Below, one piece after another: positions 48,134-60,100 of a stretch of 64,000 nucleotides of DNA (position 1 is its first letter; the number at the start of each line of letters is the position of its first letter). Location of the stretch: positions 62,001 to 126,000 of the forward strand of contig JBLDXI010000073.1 of assembly GCA_047495785.1 (NCBI GenBank). Direction: 5' to 3'. The DNA is from Lepidodermella squamata (lineage: Eukaryota; Animalia; Gastrotricha). Under the pieces are notes generated by a model that saw only the letters and a program-made list of their open reading frames with translations, did not search any database and was not told where the DNA came from. The position numbers were made by a program, and so were the translations under genes.

Positions 48134-51100
48134 CTAAGCAAAATTTGCCAGGCTTTCGATCAGAATTTGTTGAACAGCGCTTCGGATTGTGTCGAAATCG
48201 ACCGGGCCAGGTGGACCACGAGGGCCGGGTAGACCAATGCCGTTGCGGCCAGCAGGACCAGCAGGACCAGTAAGGCCAACGCCAGTTGGACCAGCGGGGC
48301 CAGCGGGACCAGTAAGGCCAACGCCAGTTGGACCAGGAAGGCCAACGCCAGTTGGACCAGTTGCCCCATCTCTACCAGAAGGACCAGTGGGCCCAGTATC
48401 ACCAGTTCTTCCAGGAAGACCAACACCTGGTCGACCAGCGGAACCCGTGGGACCAGTCATGCCAATACCTGTCGGGCCAGTAGGACCTGTGCCACCATCT
48501 CTGCCATCTCGGCCGGCCGGACCAGCTAGACCCGTTGCGCCTGCAATACCAGTCGCACCATTGTTACCATTTCTACCGGTCGGACCAGTCGCACCAGTCG
48601 CACCTGCGTCACCTGAGAAAAAAATCAAATTATTTGTAAAATTACAGCATCTACTAAGAGAAATTAACATCACCTTTCTGTCCTTTGTCTCCTTTCGGTG
48701 CCATATCTCCAGAAATACCCTTTTCGCCTGTAGAAATACAATAAGAAAGCCAAGCGAGAGTAAATAACAAACAAACAACAAATGATTTACAACAAATGCA
48801 CGACGACATTAAAAGATGGAAATTAGCTGGGTTGCCAGCATCAAACTCAAGAAAGACGATTATCAAACAGACCTTGCACGCCTTGGGGACCTTGCGGGCC
48901 TGAAAATCACGAATAAATTCATGCAAGCTTCAAACCTCAACTGCGAAGCTCAGAACTGTACCTTGAGAACCTAGCGGACCCTGTTCTCCAGTTGCACCAG
49001 TAACACCGGTCGCACCTGTAGCGGGGCGAAATCGGAACAAACGCCAGTTGAGAAGCTTGCTCTCGCTTCGAACCGAGCTCATTCACGTACCTTGTTGACC
49101 TGTGGCTCCTTCAGCGCCTGCATGGTTTTACAAAACAAGAGAAATTCCAGTCAATAAATCGTAACCAAGAGCCTGGATCCTAGCTTCAAAGCTCACCTGT
49201 CGCTCCAGTAGCGCCCTGCCCACCCAGTGGGCCTTCGGAACCTTGCACGCCTTGGGGACCTTGCGAACCAAGCGGACCTTGCGGGCCTGAAAATCACGAA
49301 TAAATTCATGCAAGCTTCAAACCTCAACTTCGAAGATCGCAACTGTACCTTGAGAACCTAGCGGGCCCTGATCTCCGGTTGCACCAGTCACTCCCGTCGC
49401 ACCTGCAGCGGGGCAAAACCGAAGTAGCTCAAAGTTTCGAACAAGCTCGGCTCATTCACGTACCTTGTTGACCTGTGGCTCCATCAGCGCCTGAATGGTT
49501 TCACAAAACAAGAGAAATCGTAACCAAGAGCCTGGATCCTAGCTTCAAAGCTCACCTGTCGCTCCAGTAGCGCCCTGCCCACCCAGTGGGCCTTCGGAAC
49601 CTTGCACGCCTTGGGGACCTTGCGAACCAAGCGGACCTTGCGGGCCTGAAAATCACGAATAAATTCATGCAAGCTTCAAACCTCAACTTCGAAGATCGCA
49701 ACTGTACCTTGAGAACCTAGCGGGCCCTGATCTCCGGTTGCACCAGTCACTCCCGTCGCACCTGCAGCGGGGCAAAACCGAAGTAGCTCAAAGTTTCGAA
49801 CAAGCTCGGCTCATTCACGTACCTTGTTGACCTGTGGCTCCATCAGCGCCTGAATGGTTTCACAAAACAAGAGAAATCGTAACCAAGAGCCTGGATCCTA
49901 GCTTCAAAGCTCACCTGTCGCTCCAGTAGCGCCCTGCCCACCCAGTGGGCCTTCGGAACCTTGCACGCCTTGGGGACCTTGCGAACCAAGCGGACCTTGC
50001 GGGCCTGAAAATCACGAATAAATTCATGCAAGCTTCAAACCTCAACTTCGAAGATCGCAACTGTACCTTGAGAACCTAGCGGGCCCTGATCTCCGGTTGC
50101 ACCAGTCACTCCCGTCGCACCTGCAGCGGGGCAAAACCGAAGTAGCTCAAAGTTTCGAACAAGCTCGGCTCATTCACGTACCTTGTTGACCTGTGGCTCC
50201 ATCAGCGCCTGAATGGTTTCACAAAACAAGAGAAATCGTAACCAAGAGCCTGGATCCTAGCTTCAAAGCTCACCTGTCGCTCCAGTAGCGCCCTGCCCAC
50301 CCAGTGGGCCTTCGGAACCTTGCACGCCTTGGGGACCTTGCGAACCAAGCGGACCTTGCGGGCCTGAAAATCACGAATAAATTCATGCAAGCTTCAAACC
50401 TCAACTTCGAAGATCGCAACTGTACCTTGAGAACCTAGCGGGCCCTGATCTCCGGTTGCACCAGTCACTCCCGTCGCACCTGCAGCGGGGCAAAACCGAA
50501 GTAGCTCAAAGTTTCGAACAAGCTCGGCTCATTCACGTACCTTGTTGACCTGTGGCTCCATCAGCGCCTGAATGGTTTCACAAAACAAGAGAAATCGTAA
50601 CCAAGAGCCTGGATCCTAGCTTCAAAGCTCACCTGTCGCTCCAGTAGCGCCCTGCCCACCCAGTGGGCCTTCGGAACCTTGCACGCCTTGGGGACCTTGC
50701 GAACCAAGCGGACCTTGCGGGCCTGGAAATCACGAATAAATTCATGCAAGCTTCAAACCTCAACTTCGAAGATCGCAACTGTACCTTGAGAACCTAGCGG
50801 GCCCTGATCTCCGGTTGCACCAGTCACTCCCGTCGCACCTGCAGCGGGGCAAAACCGAAGTAGCTCAAAGTTTCGAACAAGCTCGGCTCATTCACGTACC
50901 TTGTTGACCTGTGGCTCCATCAGCGCCTGAATGGTTTCACAAAACAAGAGAAATCGTAACCAAGAGCCTGGATCCTAGCTTCAAAGCTCACCTGTCGCTC
51001 CAGTAGCGCCCTGCCCACCCAGTGGGCCTTCGGAACCTTGCACGCCTTGGGGACCTTGCGAACCAAGCGGACCTTGCGGGCCTGAAAATCACGAATAAAT

Positions 51101-54100
51101 TCATGCAAGCTTCAAACCTCAACTTCGAAGATCGCAACTGTACCTTGAGAACCTAGCGGGCCCTGATCTCCGGTTGCACCAGTCACTCCCGTCGCACCTG
51201 CAGCGGGGCAAAACCGAAGTAGCTCAAAGTTTCGAACAAGCTCGGCTCATTCACGTACCTTGTTGACCTGTGGCTCCATCAGCGCCTGAATGGTTTCACA
51301 AAACAAGAGAAATCGTAACCAAGAGCCTGGATCCTAGCTTCAAAGCTCACCTGTCGCTCCAGTAGCGCCCTGCCCACCCAGTGGGCCTTCGGAACCTTGC
51401 ACGCCTTGGGGACCTTGCGAACCAAGCGGACCTTGCGGGCCTGGAAATCACGAATAAATTCATGCAAGCTTCAAACCTCAACTTCGAAGATCGCAACTGT
51501 ACCTTGAGAACCTAGCGGGCCCTGATCTCCGGTTGCACCAGTCACTCCCGTCGCACCTGCAGCGGGGCAAAACCGAAGTAGCTCAAAGTTTCGAACAAGC
51601 TCGGCTCATTCACGTACCTTGTTGACCTGTGGCTCCATCAGCGCCTGAATGGTTTCACAAAACAAGAGAAATCGTAACCAAGAGCCTGGATCCTAGCTTC
51701 AAAGCTCACCTGTCGCTCCAGTAGCGCCCTGCCCACCCAGTGGGCCTTCGGAACCTTGCACGCCTTGGGGACCTTGCGAACCAAGCGGACCTTGCGGGCC
51801 TGAAAATCACGAATAAATTCATGCAAGCTTCAAACCTCAACTTCGAAGATCGCAACTGTACCTTGAGAACCTAGCGGGCCCTGATCTCCGGTTGCACCAG
51901 TCACTCCCGTCGCACCTGCAGCGGGGCAAAACCGAAGTAGCTCAAAGTTTCGAACAAGCTCGGCTCATTCACGTACCTTGTTGACCTGTGGCTCCATCAG
52001 CGCCTGAATGGTTTCACAAAACAAGAGAAATCGTAACCAAGAGCCTGGATCCTAGCTTCAAAGCTCACCTGTCGCTCCAGTAGCGCCCTGCCCACCCAGT
52101 GGGCCTTCGGAACCTTGCACGCCTTGGGGACCTTGCGAACCAAGCGGACCTTGCGGGCCTGAAAATCACGAATAAATTCATGCAAGCTTCAAACCTCAAC
52201 TTCGAAGATCGCAACTGTACCTTGAGAACCTAGCGGGCCCTGATCTCCGGTTGCACCAGTCACTCCCGTCGCACCTGCAGCGGGGCAAAACCGAAGTAGC
52301 TCAAAGTTTCGAACAAGCTCGGCTCATTCACGTACCTTGTTGACCTGTGGCTCCATCAGCGCCTGAATGGTTTCACAAAACAAGAGAAATCGTAACCAAG
52401 AGCCTGGATCCTAGCTTCAAAGCTCACCTGTCGCTCCAGTAGCGCCCTGCCCACCCAGTGGGCCTTCGGAACCTTGCACGCCTTGGGGACCTTGCGAACC
52501 AAGCGGACCTTGCGGGCCTGAAAATCACGAATAAATTCATGCAAGCTTCAAACCTCAACTTCGAAGATCGCAACTGTACCTTGAGAACCTAGCGGGCCCT
52601 GATCTCCGGTTGCACCAGTCACTCCCGTCGCACCTGCAGCGGGGCAAAACCGAAGTAGCTCAAAGTTTCGAACAAGCTCGGCTCATTCACGTACCTTGTT
52701 GACCTGTGGCTCCATCAGCGCCTGAATGGTTTCACAAAACAAGAGAAATCGTAACCAAGAGCCTGGATCCTAGCTTCAAAGCTCACCTGTCGCTCCAGTA
52801 GCGCCCTGCCCACCCAGTGGGCCTTCGGAACCTTGCACGCCTTGGGGACCTTGCGAACCAAGCGGACCTTGCGGGCCTGGAAATCACGAATAAATTCATG
52901 CAAGCTTCAAACCTCAACTTCGAAGATCGCAACTGTACCTTGAGAACCTAGCGGGCCCTGATCTCCGGTTGCACCAGTCACTCCCGTCGCACCTGCAGCG
53001 GGGCAAAACCGAAGTAGCTCAAAGTTTCGAACAAGCTCGGCTCATTCACGTACCTTGTTGACCTGTGGCTCCATCAGCGCCTGAATGGTTTCACAAAACA
53101 AGAGAAATCGTAACCAAGAGCCTGGATCCTAGCTTCAAAGCTCACCTGTCGCTCCAGTAGCGCCCTGCCCACCCAGTGGGCCTTCGGAACCTTGCACGCC
53201 TTGGGGACCTTGCGAACCAAGCGGACCTTGCGGGCCTGAAAATCACGAATAAATTCATGCAAGCTTCAAACCTCAACTTCGAAGATCGCAACTGTACCTT
53301 GAGAACCTAGCGGGCCCTGATCTCCGGTTGCACCAGTCACTCCCGTCGCACCTGCAGCGGGGCAAAACCGAAGTAGCTCAAAGTTTCGAACAAGCTCGGC
53401 TCATTCACGTACCTTGTTGACCTGTGGCTCCATCAGCGCCTGAATGGTTTCACAAAACAAGAGAAATCGTAACCAAGAGCCTGGATCCTAGCTTCAAAGC
53501 TCACCTGTCGCTCCAGTAGCGCCCTGCCCACCCAGTGGGCCTTCGGAACCTTGCACGCCTTGGGGACCTTGCGAACCAAGCGGACCTTGCGGGCCTGGAA
53601 ATCACGAATAAATTCATGCAAGCTTCAAACCTCAACTTCGAAGATCGCAACTGTACCTTGAGAACCTAGCGGGCCCTGATCTCCGGTTGCACCAGTCACT
53701 CCCGTCGCACCTGCAGCGGGGCAAAACCGAAGTAGCTCAAAGTTTCGAACAAGCTCGGCTCATTCACGTACCTTGTTGACCTGTGGCTCCATCAGCGCCT
53801 GAATGGTTTCACAAAACAAGAGAAATCGTAACCAAGAGCCTGGATCCTAGCTTCAAAGCTCACCTGTCGCTCCAGTAGCGCCCTGCCCACCCAGTGGGCC
53901 TTCGGAACCTTGCACGCCTTGGGGACCTTGCGAACCAAGCGGACCTTGCGGGCCTGAAAATCACGAATAAATTCATGCAAGCTTCAAACCTCAACTTCGA
54001 AGATCGCAACTGTACCTTGAGAACCTAGCGGGCCCTGATCTCCGGTTGCACCAGTCACTCCCGTCGCACCTGCAGCGGGGCAAAACCGAAGTAGCTCAAA

Positions 54101-57100
54101 GTTTCGAACAAGCTCGGCTCATTCACGTACCTTGTTGACCTGTGGCTCCATCAGCGCCTGAATGGTTTCACAAAACAAGAGAAATCGTAACCAAGAGCCT
54201 GGATCCTAGCTTCAAAGCTCACCTGTCGCTCCAGTAGCGCCCTGCCCACCCAGTGGGCCTTCGGAACCTTGCACGCCTTGGGGACCTTGCGAACCAAGCG
54301 GACCTTGCGGGCCTGGAAATCACGAATAAATTCATGCAAGCTTCAAACCTCAACTTCGAAGATCGCAACTGTACCTTGAGAACCTAGCGGGCCCTGATCT
54401 CCGGTTGCACCAGTCACTCCCGTCGCACCTGCAGCGGGGCAAAACCGAAGTAGCTCAAAGTTTCGAACAAGCTCGGCTCATTCACGTACCTTGTTGACCT
54501 GTGGCTCCATCAGCGCCTGAATGGTTTCACAAAACAAGAGAAATCTTAACCAAGAGCCTGGATCCTAGCTTCAAAGCTCACCTGTCGCTCCAGTAGCGCC
54601 CTGCCCACCCAGTGGGCCTTCGGAACCTTGCACGCCTTGGGGACCTTGCGAACCAAGCGGACCTTGCGGGCCTGAAAATCACGAATAAATTCATGCAAGC
54701 TTCAAACCTCAACTTCGAAGATCGCAACTGTACCTTGAGAACCTAGCGGGCCCTGATCTCCGGTTGCACCAGTCACTCCCGTCGCACCTGCAGCGGGGCA
54801 AAACCGAAGTAGCTCAAAGTTTCGAACAAGCTCGGCTCATTCACGTACCTTGTTGACCTGTGGCTCCATCAGCGCCTGAATGGTTTCACAAAACAAGAGA
54901 AATCGTAACCAAGAGCCTGGATCCTAGCTTCAAAGCTCACCTGTCGCTCCAGTAGCGCCCTGCCCACCCAGTGGGCCTTCGGAACCTTGCACGCCTTGGG
55001 GACCTTGCGAACCAAGCGGACCTTGCGGGCCTGAAAATCACGAATAAATTCATGCAAGCTTCAAACCTCAACTTCGAAGATCGCAACTGTACCTTGAGAA
55101 CCTAGCGGGCCCTGATCTCCGGTTGCACCAGTCACTCCCGTCGCACCTGCAGCGGGGCAAAACCGAAGTAGCTCAAAGTTTCGAACAAGCTCGGCTCATT
55201 CACGTACCTTGTTGACCTGTGGCTCCATCAGCGCCTGAATGGTTTCACAAAACAAGAGAAATCGTAACCAAGAGCCTGGATCCTAGCTTCAAAGCTCACC
55301 TGTCGCTCCAGTAGCGCCCTGCCCACCCAGTGGGCCTTCGGAACCTTGCACGCCTTGGGGACCTTGCGAACCAAGCGGACCTTGCGGGCCTGGAAATCAC
55401 GAATAAATTCATGCAAGCTTCAAACCTCAACTTCGAAGATCGCAACTGTACCTTGAGAACCTAGCGGGCCCTGATCTCCGGTTGCACCAGTCACTCCCGT
55501 CGCACCTGCAGCGGGGCAAAACCGAAGTAGCTCAAAGTTTCGAACAAGCTCGGCTCATTCACGTACCTTGTTGACCTGTGGCTCCATCAGCGCCTGAATG
55601 GTTTCACAAAACAAGAGAAATCGTAACCAAGAGCCTGGATCCTAGCTTCAAAGCTCACCTGTCGCTCCAGTAGCGCCCTGCCCACCCAGTGGGCCTTCGG
55701 AACCTTGCACGCCTTGGGGACCTTGCGAACCAAGCGGACCTTGCGGGCCTGAAAATCACGAATAAATTCATGCAAGCTTCAAACCTCAACTTCGAAGATC
55801 GCAACTGTACCTTGAGAACCTAGCGGGCCCTGATCTCCGGTTGCACCAGTCACTCCCGTCGCACCTGCAGCGGGGCAAAACCGAAGTAGCTCAAAGTTTC
55901 GAACAAGCTCGACTCATTCACGTACCTTGTTGACCTGTGGCTCCATCAGCGCCTGAATGGTTTCACAAAACAAGAGAAATCGTAACCAAGAGCCTGGATC
56001 CTAGCTTCAAAGCTCACCTGTCGCTCCAGTAGCGCCCTGCCCACCCAGTGGGCCTTCGGAACCTTGCACGCCTTGGGGACCTTGCGAACCAAGCGGACCT
56101 TGCGGGCCTGGAAATCACGAATAAATTCATGCAAGCTTCAAACCTCAACTTCGAAGATCGCAACTGTACCTTGAGAACCTAGCGGGCCCTGATCTCCGGT
56201 TGCACCAGTCACTCCCGTCGCACCTGCAGCGGGGCAAAACCGAAGTAGCTCAAAGTTTCGAACAAGCTCGGCTCATTCACGTACCTTGTTGACCTGTGGC
56301 TCCATCAGCGCCTGAATGGTTTCACAAAACAAGAGAAATCGTAACCAAGAGCCTGGATCCTAGCTTCAAAGCTCACCTGTCGCTCCAGTAGCGCCCTGCC
56401 CACCCAGTGGGCCTTCGGAACCTTGCACGCCTTGGGGACCTTGCGAACCAAGCGGACCTTGCGGGCCTGAAAATCACGAATAAATTCATGCAAGCTTCAA
56501 ACCTCAACTTCGAAGATCGCAACTGTACCTTGAGAACCTAGCGGGCCCTGATCTCCGGTTGCACCAGTCACTCCCGTCGCACCTGCAGCGGGGCAAAACC
56601 GAAGTAGCTCAAAGTTTCGAACAAGCTCGGCTCATTCACGTACCTTGTTGACCTGTGGCTCCATCAGCGCCTGAATGGTTTCACAAAACAAGAGAAATCG
56701 TAACCAAGAGCCTGGATCCTAGCTTCAAAGCTCACCTGTCGCTCCAGTAGCGCCCTGCCCACCCAGTGGGCCTTCGGAACCTTGCACGCCTTGGGGACCT
56801 TGCGAACCAAGCGGACCTTGCGGGCCTGGAAATCACGAATAAATTCATGCAAGCTTCAAACCTCAACTTCGAAGATCGCAACTGTACCTTGAGAACCTAG
56901 CGGGCCCTGATCTCCGGTTGCACCAGTCACTCCCGTCGCACCTGCAGCGGGGCAAAACCGAAGTAGCTCAAAGTTTCGAACAAGCTCGGCTCATTCACGT
57001 ACCTTGTTGACCTGTGGCTCCATCAGCGCCTGAATGGTTTCACAAAACAAGAGAAATCGTAACCAAGAGCCTGGATCCTAGCTTCAAAGCTCACCTGTCG

Positions 57101-60100
57101 CTCCAGTAGCGCCCTGCCCACCCAGTGGGCCTTCGGAACCTTGCACGCCTTGGGGACCTTGCGAACCAAGCGGACCTTGCGGGCCTGAAATCACGAATAA
57201 ATTCATGCAAGCTTCAAACCTCAACTTCGAAGATCGCAACTGTACCTTGAGAACCTAGCGGGCCCTGATCTCCGGTTGCACCAGTCACTCCCGTCGCACC
57301 TGCAGCGGGGCAAAACCGAAGTAGCTCAAAGTTTCGAACAAGCTCGGCTCATTCACGTACCTTGTTGACCTGTGGCTCCATCAGCGCCTGAATGGTTTCA
57401 CAAACAAGAGAAATCGTAACCAAGAGCCTGGATCCTAGCTTCAAAGCTCACCTGTCGCTCCAGTAGCGCCCTGCCCACCCAGTGGGCCTTCGGAACCTTG
57501 CACGCCTTGGGGACCTTGCGAACCAAGCGGACCTTGCGGGCCTGGAAATCACGAATAAATTCATGCAAGCTTCAAACCTCAACTTCGAAGATCGCAACTG
57601 TACCTTGAGAACCTAGCGGGCCCTGATCTCCGGTTGCACCAGTCACTCCCGTCGCACCTGCAGCGGGGCAAAACCGAAGTAGCTCAAAGTTTCGAACAAG
57701 CTCGGCTCATTCACGTACCTTGTTGACCTGTGGCTCCATCAGCGCCTGAATGGTTTCACAAAACAAGAGAAATCGTAACCAAGAGCCTGGATCCTAGCTT
57801 CAAAGCTCACCTGTCGCTCCAGTAGCGCCCTGCCCACCCAGTGGGCCTTCGGAACCTTGCACGCCTTGGGGACCTTGCGAACCAAGCGGACCTTGCGGGC
57901 CTGAAAATCACGAATAAATTCATGCAAGCTTCAAACCTCAACTTCGAAGATCGCAACTGTACCTTGAGAACCTAGCGGGCCCTGATCTCCGGTTGCACCA
58001 GTCACTCCCGTCGCACCTGCAGCGGGGCAAAACCGAAGTAGCTCAAAGTTTCGAACAAGCTCGACTCATTCACGTACCTTGTTGACCTGTGGCTCCATCA
58101 GCGCCTGAATGGTTTCACAAAACAAGAGAAATCGTAACCAAGAGCCTGGATCCTAGCTTCAAAGCTCACCTGTCGCTCCAGTAGCGCCCTGCCCACCCAG
58201 TGGGCCTTCGGAACCTTGCACGCCTTGGGGACCTTGCGAACCAAGCGGACCTTGCGGGCCTGGAAATCACGAATAAATTCATGCAAGCTTCAAACCTCAA
58301 CTTCGAAGATCGCAACTGTACCTTGAGAACCTAGCGGGCCCTGATCTCCGGTTGCACCAGTCACTCCCGTCGCACCTGCAGCGGGGCAAAACCGAAGTAG
58401 CTCAAAGTTTCGAACAAGCTCGGCTCATTCACGTACCTTGTTGACCTGTGGCTCCATCAGCGCCTGAATGGTTTCACAAAACAAGAGAAATCGTAACCAA
58501 GAGCCTGGATCCTAGCTTCAAAGCTCACCTGTCGCTCCAGTAGCGCCCTGCCCACCCAGTGGGCCTTCGGAACCTTGCACGCCTTGGGGACCTTGCGAAC
58601 CAAGCGGACCTTGCGGGCCTGAAAATCACGAATAAATTCATGCAAGCTTCAAACCTCAACTTCGAAGATCGCAACTGTACCTTGAGAACCTAGCGGGCCC
58701 TGATCTCCGGTTGCACCAGTCACTCCCGTCGCACCTGCAGCGGGGCAAAACCGAAGTAGCTCAAAGTTTCGAACAAGCTCGGCTCATTCACGTACCTTGT
58801 TGACCTGTGGCTCCATCAGCGCCTGAATGGTTTCACAAAACAAGAGAAATCGTAACCAAGAGCCTGGATCCTAGCTTCAAAGCTCACCTGTCGCTCCAGT
58901 AGCGCCCTGCCCACCCAGTGGGCCTTCGGAACCTTGCACGCCTTGGGGACCTTGCGAACCAAGCGGACCTTGCGGGCCTGAAAATCACGAATAAATTCAT
59001 GCAAGCTTCAAACCTCAACTTCGAAGATCGCAACTGTACCTTGAGAACCTAGCGGGCCCTGATCTCCGGTTGCACCAGTCACTCCCGTCGCACCTGCAGC
59101 GGGGCAAAACCGAAGTAGCTCAAAGTTTCGAACAAGCTCGGCTCATTCACGTACCTTGTTGACCTGTGGCTCCATCAGCGCCTGAATGGTTTCACAAAAC
59201 AAGAGAAATCGTAACCAAGAGCCTGGATCCTAGCTTCAAAGCTCACCTGTCGCTCCAGTAGCGCCCTGCCCACCCAGTGGGCCTTCGGAACCTAGCACGC
59301 CTTGGGGACCTTGCGAACCAAGCGGACCTTGCGGGCCTGAAAATCACGAATAAATTCATGCAAGCTTCAAACCTCAACTTCGAAGATCGCAACTGTACCT
59401 TGAGAACCTAGCGGGCCCTGATCTCCGGTTGCACCAGTCACTCCCGTCGCACCTGCAGCGGGGCAAAACCGAAGTAGCTCAAAGTTTCGAACAAGCTCGG
59501 CTCATTCACGTACCTTGTTGACCTGTGGCTCCATCAGCGCCTGAATGGTTTCACAAAACAAGAGAAATCGTAACCAAGAGCCTGGATCCTAGCTTCAAAG
59601 CTCACCTGTCGCTCCAGTAGCGCCCTGCCCACCCAGTGGGCCTTCGGAACCTTGCACGCCTTGGGGACCTTGCGAACCAAGCGGACCTTGCGGGCCTGAA
59701 AATCACGAATAAATTCATGCAAGCTTCAAACCTCAACTTCGAAGATCGCAACTGTACCTTGAGAACCTAGCGGGCCCTGATCTCCGGTTGCACCAGTCAC
59801 TCCCGTCGCACCTGCAGCGGGGCAAAACCGAAGTAGCTCAAAGTTTCGAACAAGCTCGGCTCATTCACGTACCTTGTTGACCTGTGGCTCCATCAGCGCC
59901 TGAATGGTTTCACAAAACAAGAGAAATCGTAACCAAGAGCCTGGATCCTAGCTTCAAAGCTCACCTGTCGCTCCAGTAGCGCCCTGCCCACCCAGTGGGC
60001 CTTCGGAACCTTGCACGCCTTGGGGACCTTGCGAACCAAGCGGACCTTGCGGGCCTGAAAATCACGAATAAATTCATGCAAGCTTCAAACCTCAACTTCG

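Noticed and set aside
48189-48767. Plus-strand Pro-rich 192-aa ORF
   Set aside because: Antisense shadow of the Gly-codon periodicity in the final collagen exon.
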